NCBI RefSeq assembly: GCF_902652985.1
Contig: NC_047020.1
Coordinates: 9,548,001-9,612,000, forward strand
Length of the DNA: 64,000 nt
Direction of reading: 5' to 3'
DNA from: Pecten maximus
Taxonomy: Eukaryota
Shown: positions 13,682 through 25,984 of the stretch, in pieces
Layout: the number at the start of each line of letters is the position of its first letter
Position numbering within the stretch: position 1 is the first letter of the stretch
Notes under the pieces: model-generated
Told to the model about the DNA's origin: nothing
What the model saw: the letters and a program-made list of their open reading frames with translations, nothing else
The model's database searches: none
Position numbers and translations under genes: made by a program

Positions 13682-16374
13682 TTAAATAATTGGAGACCCA
13701 TTTCTCTTTTAATGTTATATATAAAATAGCTTCAGGATGCATCGCAAAAAGACTTAAATCAGTTCTAGATAAACTTATACATAGTGATCAAACAGGTTTC
13801 ATTCCGGGCAGATATATAGCTGATAATACTAGATTAATTTATGATGTAATGGATTATACAGAAGAACAACATATACCAGGCATGCTTCTTTTAATAGACT
13901 TCGAAAAAGCTTTTGATTCTGTTTCATGGACATTTATAAATCAAGTTTTAGAATTTTTTAACTTTGGGGACTCAATTAAACATTGGATAAAAACTTTTAC
14001 AAAGTAATATTTCTTCTTTTGTAAACCAAGGTGGAAATTTATCTTAACCCATTAAACTAGAAAGAGGCTGTAGATAAGGAGGTCCATTATCACCCTATAT
14101 TTTTCGTCTCTGTGCAGAAATATTAACAATTAAATTAAGAGCAAATACACACATAAAAGGCATAAAAATTGACACAACAGAACATCTTATATCACAATTC
14201 GCTGGTGACACTTCTCTTATTCTAGATGGTACTGAAACATCACTTAGGTATGCTTTAAAAGAACTCAATTACTTCTGGGAAATATCGGGACTCAAATTAA
14301 ACTACACAAAAACACAAGTTATATGGATAGGGAGTAAAAAATACAGTTCAGAGAAATTAGTCGATAATCTTGCTCTATCATGGGGTTTAACACATTTTAA
14401 TCTTTTAGGAATTAACTTCAATGTTGACCTCAGTAAAATAGTTCAGTCTACCTTCAAAGAAAAAATTACAAAATTAAAGGCACTAATTAAACAGTGGAAT
14501 AGACGATATATAACTCCGATAGGTAGAATAACCGTAATAAAAACACTGCTACTACCAATACTTACACACTTATTTATAGGATTACCATCACCTAACCAAT
14601 CTACTATGAAAGAGATTAAAAATATGTTCAATGAATACTTTTGGGGAAGTCCAATAGCAAAGGTCAAAGGAGATATTATTGTGAAATGTTATGAAGAAGG
14701 TGGCTTGAAAATGATTAATATCCAACATTTTGAAATGGCCTTAAAATCAACATGGATTAGAAATATTTGTCTTAAAAGTTCAAATTGGCAGACACTTCTT
14801 TTTACAAAAATTAACAGAAATAAGCTTTTAACGTTAGGAAATAGATATATTGAATATAATATCAAAAATGTACTTCATAACAAATTTTGGATTGATGTTT
14901 TTAATGCGTGGAATATATTAAGAGGGAAAATTGAAATATTTATGCCAGAACAAATATTATCTCTACCAATTTGGTATAACGATTTAATAAAAATAGGTAA
15001 TAATACTGTATATTATAAGCAATGGTTTGATAAAGGTGTGATTTTTATAAATGACTTACTTAAAGAAGATGGCAGCTTTCTTCAATAGAATGAATTTAAT
15101 GAAGCTTTTAATTTAAATACTAACTTCCTTGATTATAATGGTATTATTTTGGCAGTCAAACGATTAGGATGGAATTTGGAAAAAAAAAACTTACATTACC
15201 ATTGATACCACTGTATATTGATATTGTTACTAAAAGTAAAAAAGGTACAAGAGATATGTATAATGTATTGAATAAAAATAATGTATTGCCTACAGGCCAA
15301 GCAAAGTGGGACACCATATTTGGAAATATAACTATTGAGGAATGGAAAACAATATACAGATTGCCTTTCGACACAAATAAAACTTCAAAACTACAATGGA
15401 TGCAATTTAGAATTAATCATCATGTCTTAGCTACAAACACTTATTTGAAAAAGATTCATTTTGTTCAGTCTGATTTGTGTAATTTCTGCTTCATAGAAAA
15501 AGAAACAATACAGCATGTACTTTGGGAATGTAATAAAGTCCAAAATTTAATAATGGCTTTCCAAATTTGGTTGCAAGCTACTTGTAATGAGACATTTAAT
15601 GCATGTAAAAAAGATTTCATTTTTGGTAAAATAGCACAAAACCCACACCAAAATAACAGAGCAGAAAATATTATAATACTAATATGAAGCACTATATTTA
15701 TTGTCAAAAGTGTTTAGGTAAAGCTCTGTACTTACCCACTCTAATTAGTAACCTTAAAACTTCATATAACATCGAGAGATACTTAGCAAAAAAATGTGAC
15801 AAGGAAGCTACTTTTATTGAGGATTTCAGTGTTTACCATTCAGCTTTTAGAAAATAAATATAACCATTACAATAAGGTAGTGTCTTTCATTATGAAATAG
15901 ATTTCAATTTACCAACGTAATTAATTTTTACATTTTTTCAATTTGCTTGTGTTTTTGTTGGACTCGTTTCTTTTCCATTAAATGTTTTTATTAGCAATAG
16001 TCAGTTATTTTTTTGTCACCCTTTCAGAAATTGCCTTTGCTTTCGTCGGAAATCTCGTTCCCTCTTCTCTTCTTCCTTTTATGTCTCCTTTCTCTCTTAC
16101 CTTTGTATTTCCTTTTCTAAATCAGCTTCTACTTTTTATCCAAACTATCCCCCCCAATCCCATTTTTCAATTAGCTCCAGTCAATATATTCATTGGTTGA
16201 TTGTTTTCAATTCTACATACACTATACTGCCCAATAATTAAGAATATAATAGTAGATTATAGTAGATTTAAAATACACCAAAAATGTATGAGTATTCATA
16301 AAAATTGATTACATGTACATAATTAAGAGAGTATTGATGTATATGTTTGTCTAATGTCAAAAAAAAAAAATAAA
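13682..16374 (+). mobile_element. 5'-truncated, inactivated L1/Tx1-clade LINE (ORF2 RT + C-terminal Zn motif, 3'UTR, A-tail, TSD)
   Basis: NWRPISL, IHSDQTGFIPGR, LLIDFEKAFDSVSW, GCR*GGPLSP, SQFAGD (mutated FADD), CNFC..ETIQHVLWEC; A-rich tail about 16359-16374; TSD AATTGCGTCT at 13672-13681 and 16375-16384; several stops and frameshifts. Confidence 0.92.
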
Positions 16375-16439
16375 AATTGCGTCTCCGTTAATATTTCGGT
16401 ATTCTATTAAGTTAGGGAATAAACTCGAAATTAAATGTG

Positions 16440-16889
16440 AACAACTGGTACCCTGTGGGGAACAACCAGGTACAATATGGGGAACTTGCATATCAAGTTC
16501 GGGAAACAATCTCCCTTGTTCTCATGAAACTTCAGCTGCCAAAATACAAGATGGCCGCCTGTCGGCTGTGTTGTTCGCCCGATCAAACACAAAACTGAAC
16601 GAGCACAACTAAGGAGCGAGGGAAATCTACACATCAAGTTTGAAAAAGATTTTCCCAGTACTTTTCAAAGATTTTCCCAAAGGGACGACGACCCATAGAT
16701 GAAGCACAGGGGCATGTCTAGTTTTATATTACAAAAAAAGTCGGAAATACCTATATATATATTAAATATATAGGTATTTCCGACTATTTTTTGTAATATA
16801 AAACTAGACATGCCCCTGTGGATGAAGGCTGGGACAAAGGAAGAAAGTCGATTTGAACGGCCCATCACTCTGATAATGGTGGGCTCAAA
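16440..16889 (-). mobile_element. HINE/pearl-type (Helentron-associated) element fragment
   Basis: CAAGATGGCCGCCTGTCGG core and GCCCATCA...TGGTGGGCTCAAA end are reverse-complement relatives of the 41622-43419 element. Confidence 0.7.
16705..16820. mobile_element. 116-bp palindromic MITE (CACAGGGGCATGTCTAG termini), 7-bp TSD
   Basis: Near-perfect foldback; GATGAAG directly repeated on both sides; nested in the HINE fragment. Confidence 0.85.
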
Positions 16890-18419
16890 TTGTAAGGAGA
16901 CTGATTATTCAGTTCTTGAATCTCGAATTCGCCCGGACAAATAAATTCTGAACAATCAATCATCAGGCATTTTGAATTGTCTGATGAGATATTGATTCAT
17001 CATACATCTCGGTGTGGTTAACCCGACAGTTAATGGTGATAGCTTGTACATCAAAACATTCATCTTTCCTGGTGTAGAAGTTGTTTTTTTTCTAAATGCG
17101 AAAGATAACAATGATATTAACTTAAGCATTCTATCAAGTACCGTACTATTATTTCAGACATCAATAATAAAACGTGATCGTTTCAAAGACCTAACGAAAG
17201 CGATGTGTCACCATGCATATACATGTACCCAATGTTATGGATATGAACAGCTTATAAAAATGTCTGACAATTGTCTATCGTGATGTTACCTGTCGGTCAC
17301 GGAGCCATAAATATTTCCCGTCAGTAAAATTATCTTGGTGATTATTGGTCAAATGTCATCAGTGTTTGGTATAGTTATCGGGTCGAGCGTGCTAGAGGTT
17401 TTAAGTATAATATATTTCGATGATGAGGTGCTGTTAAAGTAACACTGGAAGTCCAACATTCTCTAGGCGTGTCTACAGGGTTTTATCATTACTCCATGAT
17501 CTTTTTTTATCATCCCATGGTTTTTTTATGACCACTAGTTTGTGTGTATTTGAGCAATTTTATTTAAAGTGTACATTTTGACAAAAGCTGAAGATAGAAC
17601 ATATGTTCAAATAAGAAGCCCTAGTAATTTTTAATCGAACTAGAAAATGTCTGTAAGACATAAATGCCCCCGATGCCACTTGACACCCCGAAACATAGAA
17701 CGAAATTCATTGCATGCGGTTTGATGAGGATCGCACCAGCAGTTCCCGAGATTAGCATGTTACATTACATCGGGACAGGACGGGGGAGGACATGGGTAGC
17801 ACTGTACCTCCCCCCCCCCCCCCCCCCCCCCCCGAAACCTGAACTAACTCATGGAATTATTAAGATATTAACAGAAATTGAGTAAATGCTAATCTTGTGA
17901 TGCTCCAAACAGAAAGTCATACAAGTTATACCGTTTTCACATTTAATGTTTATTCCTATTTTGGAATACATGTCCATAGCACATATGACTCCATACATTA
18001 TTACCAGCTCTATGTTGATTCAAATGACACATTGTCGCCGTTGAAGCTAGTTTATTTCACTTTATTTCATGGTAATGTCATCCTTATTTCCAAATATTTA
18101 TCAGAACCGTCAAACAATAAACTAGACAATCTAATACCACGTTTCTGTGTGTTTGTTAAAATGATAACAAATAAGTATTTTTGTTTCTGTGATTTTATTG
18201 GAGTTTCCAATAAATATCCTCTGGTCCACAGTGACCTATAACATGGGTGCACGCTAAATCTTCCATGATATACAGTAACAATCAGACACGGGTTGGATAA
18301 TCTACTGCATTTTGTCCCTGTCTGTAGAAACAACCCATAGATTTCATTCTCCGACATGTATCCTATACAGTGCTTTATAGCTTACAAATGACGTCGTGGT
18401 TCTAAACCATTACTTTGTG

Positions 18420-20860
18420 CTCATGAAAGTATATGTATGCGAGTCATTAAAGTCTATGTTTGTGGGTCATTAAAGTCTTTGTTTGTGGGTCATTAAAGTC
18501 TATGTATGTGGGTCATTAAAGTCTATGTTCGTGGGTCATTAAAGTCTATGTATGCGAGTCATTAAAGTCTATGTTTGTGGGTCATTAAAGTCTTTGTTTG
18601 TGGGTCATTAAAGTCTATGTATGCGAGTCATTAAAGTCTATGTTTGTGGGTCATTAAAGTCTTTGTTTGTGGGTCATTAAAGTCTATGTATGTGGGTCAT
18701 TAAAGTATATGTTCGTGGGTCATTAAAGTCTATGTATGTGGGTCATTAAAGTCTATGTTCGTGGGTCATTAAAGTCTATGTATGTGGGTCATTAAAGTCT
18801 ATGTTTGTGGGTCATTAAAGTCTATGTTTGTGGGTCATTAAAGTCTATGTTTGTGGGTCATTAAAGTCTTTGTATGTGGGTCATTAAAGTCTATGTTTGA
18901 GGGTCATTAAAGTCTATGTTCGTGGGTCATTAAAGTCTATGTATGTGGGTCATTAAAGTCTATGTTTGTGGGTCATTAAAGTCTATGTTTCGTGGGTCAT
19001 TAAAGTCTATGTTCGTGGGTCATTAAAGTCTATGTATGTGGGTCATTAAAGTCTATGTTGGTGGGTCATTAAAGTCTATGTATGTGAGTCATTAAAGTCT
19101 ATGTATGTGGGTCATTAAAGTCTATGTGTGTGGGTCATTAAAGTCTATGCTTGTGGGTCATTAAAGTCTATGTTTGTGGGTCATTAAAGTCTATGTTTGT
19201 GGGTCATTAAAGTCTATGTTTGTGGGTCATTAAAGTCTTTGTTTGTGGGTCATTAAAGTCTATGTATGTGGGTCATTAAAGTCTATATGTGTGGGAAATT
19301 AAAGTCTATGTTTGTGGGTCATTAAAGTCTATGTTTGTTGGTTATTAAAGTCTATGTATGTGGGTCATTAAAGTCTTTGTTTGTGGGTCATTAAAGTCTA
19401 TGTTTGTGGGTCATGAAAGTCTATGTTTGTGGGTCATTAAAGTCTATGTTTGTGGGTCATTAAAGTCTTTGTATGTGGGTCATTAAAGTCTATGTTTGAG
19501 GGTCATTAAAGTCTATGTTCGTGGGTCATTAAAGTCTATGTATGTGGGTCATTAAAGTCTATGTTTGTGGGTCATTAAAGTCTATGTTCGTGGGTCATTA
19601 AAGTCTATGTTCGTGGGTCATTAAAGTCTATGTATGTGGGTCATTAAAGTCTATGTTGGTGGGTCATTAAAGTCTATGTATGTGAGTCATTAAAGTCTAT
19701 GTATGTGGGTCATTAAAGTCTATGTGTGTGGGTCATTAAAGTCTATGCTTGTGGGTCATTAAAGTCTATGTTTGTGGGTCATTAAAGTCTATGTTTGTGG
19801 GTCATTAAAGTCTATGTTTGTGGGTCATTAAAGTCTATGTTTGTGGGTCATTAAAGTCTTTGTTTGTGGGTCATTAAAGTCTATGTTTGTGCGTCATTAA
19901 AGTCTATGTTTGTGGGTCATTAAAGTCTATGTATGTGGGTCATTAAAGTCTATGTTTGTGGGTCATTAAAGTCTATGTATGTAGGTCATTAAAGTCTATG
20001 TTTGTGGTCATTAAAGTCTATGTTTGTGGGTCATTAAAGTCTATGTTTATGGGTCATTAGAGTCTATGTATTTGGGTCATTAGAGTCTATTTATGTGGGT
20101 CATTAAAGTATATGTATGTGGGTCATTAAAGTCTATGTATGTGGGTCATTAGAGTCTATGTTTGTGGGTCATTAAAGTCTATGTATGTGGGTCATTAAAG
20201 TCTATGTGTGTGGGTCATTAAAGTCTTTGTATGTAGGTCATTAAAGTCTATGTTTGTGGGTCATTAAAGTCTATGTTTGTGGGTCATTAAAGTCTTTGTT
20301 TGTGGGTCATTAAAGTCTATGTATGTGGGTCATTAAAGTCTATATGTGTGGGAAATTAAAGTCTATGTTTGTGGGTCATTAAAGTCTATGTTTGTTGGTT
20401 ATTAAAGTCTATGTATGTGGGTCATTAAAGTCTTTGTTTGTGGGTCATTAAAGTCTAGGTATGTGGGTCATGAAAGTCTATGTTTGTGGGTCATTAAAGT
20501 CTATGTTTGTGGGTCATGAAAGTCTATGTTTGTGGGTCATGAAAGTCTATATTTGTGGGTCATGAAAGTCTATGTATGTGGGACATTAAAGTCTATGTTT
20601 ATGGGTCATTAAAGTCTATGTATGTAGGTCATTAAAGTCTATGTATGTGGGTCATTAAAATCTATGTTTGTGGGTCATTAAAGTCTATGTTTGTGGGTCA
20701 TTAAAGTCTTTGTTTGTGGGTCATTAAAGTCTATGTTTGTGGGTCATTAAAGTCTTTGTATGTGGGTCATTAAAGTCTATGTTTGTGGGTCATTAAAGTC
20801 TATGTTCGTGGGTCATTAAAGTCTATGTATGTGGGTCATTAAAGTCTATGTTTGTGGGTT
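18420..20860. repeat. 23-bp satellite, about 105 copies
   Basis: Unit GTCATTAAAGTCTATGT(T/A)TGTGG; rare variants recur in blocks (TTTGAGGG near 18895 and 19495; GGAAATTAAAG near 19293 and 20351). Confidence 0.97.
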
Positions 20861-20864
20861 TATT
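20859..20864 (-). terminator. Candidate distal poly(A) signal of the USP12/46 gene
   Basis: Minus strand reads TTTTTTTGTAcAATAAAcccacaaacatag; another AATAAA lies at 21092-21097. No transcript evidence. Confidence 0.35.
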
Positions 20865-23800
20865 GTACAAAAAAACGGTGAGACATACAAAGTAATTGTA
20901 GACTGAAGGATACAAAACATTTTGTCCACAACATATTTCTTTTCTATCATAAAATTTCTTAATACTGCCAATACAGAATACACATTAAATTGTGCCAGTA
21001 TAAACATGCTACACTGGAAGTATGATAAAACATGCTGTTAGATTACAGATGTGGCATTCATTAGTAAAATCGATCAAATTTCAATCATAGCTTTATTGAG
21101 AAGGCATATCCTTTTGTTCTTCTTTTCTCTGGATTAGATTTTAGGTATTACAGTTAGAGAAAGCCACATTGACTTCCCATAACTCATATCTGGGTACCCT
21201 ATAGAAATCGAGGGTACTGAAAAAGTCCAGTTGCAATCCTATTCTTATACATTTTGTATATCCAAATAAGAAGACGTTTCTTGAAAAAAACACCCCCAAA
21301 CTGTCATTTTCATTATATAAAACAATGAAATCCAAGTGTGGGGCCGGCCCCACCTCCCTCAATCTACCACTTTTAATATAAATTACATAGCAAATTCGCT
21401 GATTTATCAAAAGGATGTCATCCTAACACAATGCTGCAATTATGTGCAATGTCAGTGTATTGTAGGTCAAAAGAAAAGAGACTAAAAGATATACATTTGT
21501 ACAAGGTAATTAAAGGTGATTGTCATCCATATGCATTAGCTGGTTGAACAGAGTGGGTCATCTGCACTGTATCACACCAAACCTCAGGTTAACAGTTGAA
21601 TGGCAAAATTTTACTAATTACAATTGATACTTGTAATATCTGGCAATAAAAAAAATTGATATCTAAAATAATTCAAGATCTGATTACATTGCATATGTAC
21701 ACCATTAGGTACATTGTATGTGCATGATTCTCGGTCACACAAGTCGGTTTTTGCATGTTTTTTCCTGTATAATTCTCTATTCTATTGGCCATTATGTTAA
21801 CACAAATATAAGCTATAACTAAACGACAGTAGTACCAAAGTAAAAAGTATTTCGGTAATCTTGATAAATATTGTATCATGATATATTTATCTCACTAAAT
21901 TTTTCTTTTATTTGTTTTTTTTTAAACGTTTTAAATTATATTTTGTTAATTACAAACGGAAAACTCAAAAGCTCAAAGATATGGAACATTTCACGAACTA
22001 AGCGTACCAAGGTTTGCAACGAAATTTCAAACCTATTCATCTTTAGTACCAATGGGGTGCCTCTACATAAGGAACGCCATATTCAAACAATTAGGATTAA
22101 CGAGTGGACAGATTATGCTTATAAAATGTATGTAAAATTGGACAACTGCTGAGAAATGTTTTCTTTGGATATAATTAAGCTCTAAGTTTTACCCTTCAGT
22201 CTGATTACTATACCCTGATATCATAAATTATTTGTGAATTTCACATCAAATCATATAATCTTTCCATTCCTGACATTTCAACTCTACCTAATTCCAAATT
22301 TGACAATAAGAAACATTTTGTTGATCTATATGATTAATAAAAATATCAAGATATGTTTCCTCCTGTTAGAAACTCTACTTTTATATAACTATGCTAACAA
22401 AAGATATCCTCTGCTGTGACTGAAATAGTTAATTATGTATTGGTTCAGTCAAGACTACATCAGCGCTACAATCCTTGTACATTTTTGTACTAGATGATAT
22501 TGTGTCATGTTTGGAAAATATGGAAAAATTGGTGGTCAAATACAGGCCAGATTGATATAAACCACCGGAAAAACAAACATTCCGTAATCAGGTCAGATAA
22601 ACCATTGTTACATTTATATCAACCAAGACACTTAATTTGTGATAATATCATTGATTACATATCTAACATTTTCTGTGCATGACAAAAAAAAAACTGTGAA
22701 AAGGTAAAGTCACAATCTGGCTCCAATCATCCAGGCTTTGATTTCCTGATAAGTTAGCTTTTATATAAAATAAATATGTGTAATAGATTTTAAATGCAAA
22801 TGAAAACCAATGATCTTCAATTCAACTTAAATAAGCAGTCAGGTCCCTCATTACCAACAAAATACATTCTATGAACTCCTAGAAAATGTTGGGTTTTTTT
22901 CTTGATAATTATGAAATATCATAAATGCGATTTCCAATCTTTTTGTTTAGAGTTTAACAGAGACAATGCGTACAAAACATATAGCCAGAAAGCATCAATT
23001 ACATGTAATCATGTTATATCTTTATGGAAGCAGTGCTTCTACTACAGTAACATTAAATGAATACATATACAAAGATTGTAACATAAGGAACAAAAAAAAT
23101 CCAATCCATCACTGCAAAGGTATCAATGATTCCTGACAGAACTGTTGCCTCATCATATGTAAGCTGAGGACAGATTGCTAATTAGTTCCACAGAAATCTT
23201 AGACAATTGATTTTTATTTGAAAAGGTTACCCATATAAACTCAGGCTAGCTGGTATATATGTACAAAAAAACAAGGAATTGCTCCATACATCAAGGAATT
23301 ACAGTAAAAGTGCACTGTAGCACATATAAACATATGTGACATACCAATACAAAAAATAAAATCATGTAGGTAAGAACGAGTTATGTCCCTTGTCACATAA
23401 ACTAATTGCTTTTAGAAAAAAACACAACAGTAACTTTCCACTCAAAACGAATCTTAAAGCTTACAACAAAACTATGTGTCTCATGTGTATGTATAAATTC
23501 TAACATATCAAGGTTTTAGTGATTTTTATTCATAACTTCTCTTTTATTGATGCTTAATTCATGTTTAGTGATCAATGCCCTTATTATTAGCATGATAATA
23601 ATTTTAATTATATTTAATTGTTTGTCCCTATTTGCTACTTTGAATATCGAGTGACTAAATATCTAGTATAAATATGTTTTTGACACATGTTATACAATGC
23701 ACTATACTTTTTCTCAAAAAGAGCAATTTCAATAGCTTCCAGAGCTCAGGCATTCTTCTTTTCACTTTGATTTGCTGTCATTAAAAACAGTTTTACAAGA

Positions 23801-25176
23801 CCTTCTGCAAAATGTAAACACATATAGGTATTGTTTTCAGTATTGTGAATGAAAAAATATTAGATATTACTGGTATGGCTTTCCAATGCATAACAGAGTT
23901 AAGTCAAAAGCTTAATACAACCTTGTGTTATAGATCAAACCAAAAGCATGATCATATCGATATGACAGTAGTATTCTGAGGTATTTCATTCTTATAGAAG
24001 ATTCTACCAAACATACACATGCAACAAACTTCAAACTACTTTCACCAAAAATGAAATAGATTTTATCTTGATTAATTTGATACTTACCTTCAATAAAGCT
24101 TATACAATCATTTTACATTAACTATGGTTAAACACTTCATTTTACTTATAATATCATATGATATTGCTGTTAACAAAGCTATGAAAACAACCATTACATA
24201 TTTGGAAATAATTCAATATTAAAACATCACTGGTCCATGACAAATTGTGACAGTTCTGAACAATGTACAAAAGCAATGAACTGTACAATTAATCGATGTT
24301 TACATCAATAAATAATATCCTAATCAAGAGCCATAGTCTCTACACTTTATGATTTTTTCCAGCTTACAAACAAAAGTATATGTAAACATTGCACAAAGGT
24401 CAAGCTACAGTAACTAAATAATTAATCAAATTTATATTTCATAATCATACATTTTTACCTTTTTATTAAATTTAAATTCAATATGATTTGCTTAATCATA
24501 ACAAAAAATCACAAACTAATTTGAAAAAAATAATCAAATACTGATTAATATAATCAAAAAGTTCAAAATATTGGAAAGAAAGCTATATAGAATGCCTTTA
24601 ATATATGTACACATTGGAAAAAAGAAATGTTATGTTACAAAGAATGACCACTAGCTAACAAATGTCTCTCAATAAATAGTCTTTGATCAGTACCTGACAT
24701 ACACATACAGAAACTACAAAATAAGACACTCAGAAAAATAACACATTTTCTGGCTTCCTTGTCCAGCACTACCTGAAAGCTGTGACTGAACGTTTTTGAC
24801 TTAAAGCATTATCATGATTAGATATAGGATGTTGCGTAAAAGAACTCTCAGCCATCTCTGATGGCTAATGGTGATGTCTTAGTCTTGATTAAGATGATAC
24901 TATTTAGTTGATCTGATATGAGTATCTATTCAACATTATTTTTTTCTTTTTTTTTTGTCAAGGGATCACTTATTGAGAATATTGAGAAAACGATGTAAAC
25001 TAAACTTCTGCTGCAGGGTTTGAATCTATATTTTCCATCGAGATTTCCTTGTACATTAAATCTAAAAGCCTGTGATGTGCTTTGATTATGATTTGATGAT
25101 GTCAAAATATCTCTTTTTACAAGTATGTATTACGTAGAAATAAGACATGAGAGTAATAAGCATGTAGTAATGAGTT

Positions 25177-25352
25177 ACATTCCAGACACTGCCAGGTCAG
25201 CTGGGTCCCTGGTATCGTCACTAAATAAAGTTTACAACATTCCCGACTCTGCCAGGTCAGCTGGGTAACTAATCAGGGCCCCTGGTATCATCACTAAATA
25301 TAAGCACATTCCAGACACTGCCAAGTTAGAACCCCAGGTATCATCACTAAAT
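25177..25352. repeat. Three degenerate ~55-70-bp repeats in the presumed USP 3'UTR
   Basis: ACATTCCAGACACTGCCAGG...GGTATCATCACTAAATA occurs three times. Confidence 0.7.
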
Positions 25353-25984
25353 ATTAGGACATTTCAAAAGTTAATTTCAATTTGCATAAAACAATTCTAA
25401 AAAACCTATTATTAATTCAATCATTACACATTTTTTCTGCTCCCTCAAATTGCTGTTAGTATTTCTTTGTAAAGGAACTGTTGTAACAGTCTAGCACTAA
25501 TCTGGTGATTTTATCTACATACCTGGTACAATGTACCACAAAATGCTGTAACATGCTATAACTTCAGATCTAGTTAATATTCAGCTGAGACAAACACTAG
25601 CACCAATGGCCATTCTCAACAAATTCACATCAATGTTAAAATGCCCCTGAACAAAAATCACATTTTTAACATCCAGATATCTTTCTGTATCATTTTTTCT
25701 AGTTAAAAGATGCAAAGCAATGTACTTTCATCACTTTGAAGAGAATTTGTAGATTGAACACTTCTGTAAATTATGCATCAATTGACCTTGGTAACAATAT
25801 ATCACGATTCACAGTGGTTCACTATCACTCAAATTTACATTTATATCCTTAAACAAAACAGGAAGTAAAAACATGAGAGATTAAAACAAAATATCACAAT
25901 CCTATGAAGTTCACACGCTATGAAACATATTCAAGTTTCTACTCTCAAACAAGAATCTTTGCCCAACTAGCATCCATTTCAGTT

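Noticed and set aside
17808-17833. Long C/G homopolymers (also 45873-45895)
   Set aside because: Common in such genomes and length is unreliable; no functional context.
8065-20860. CRISPR-like appearance of the regular arrays
   Set aside because: Units are head-to-tail with no unique spacers, no cas genes are present, and the context is eukaryotic.
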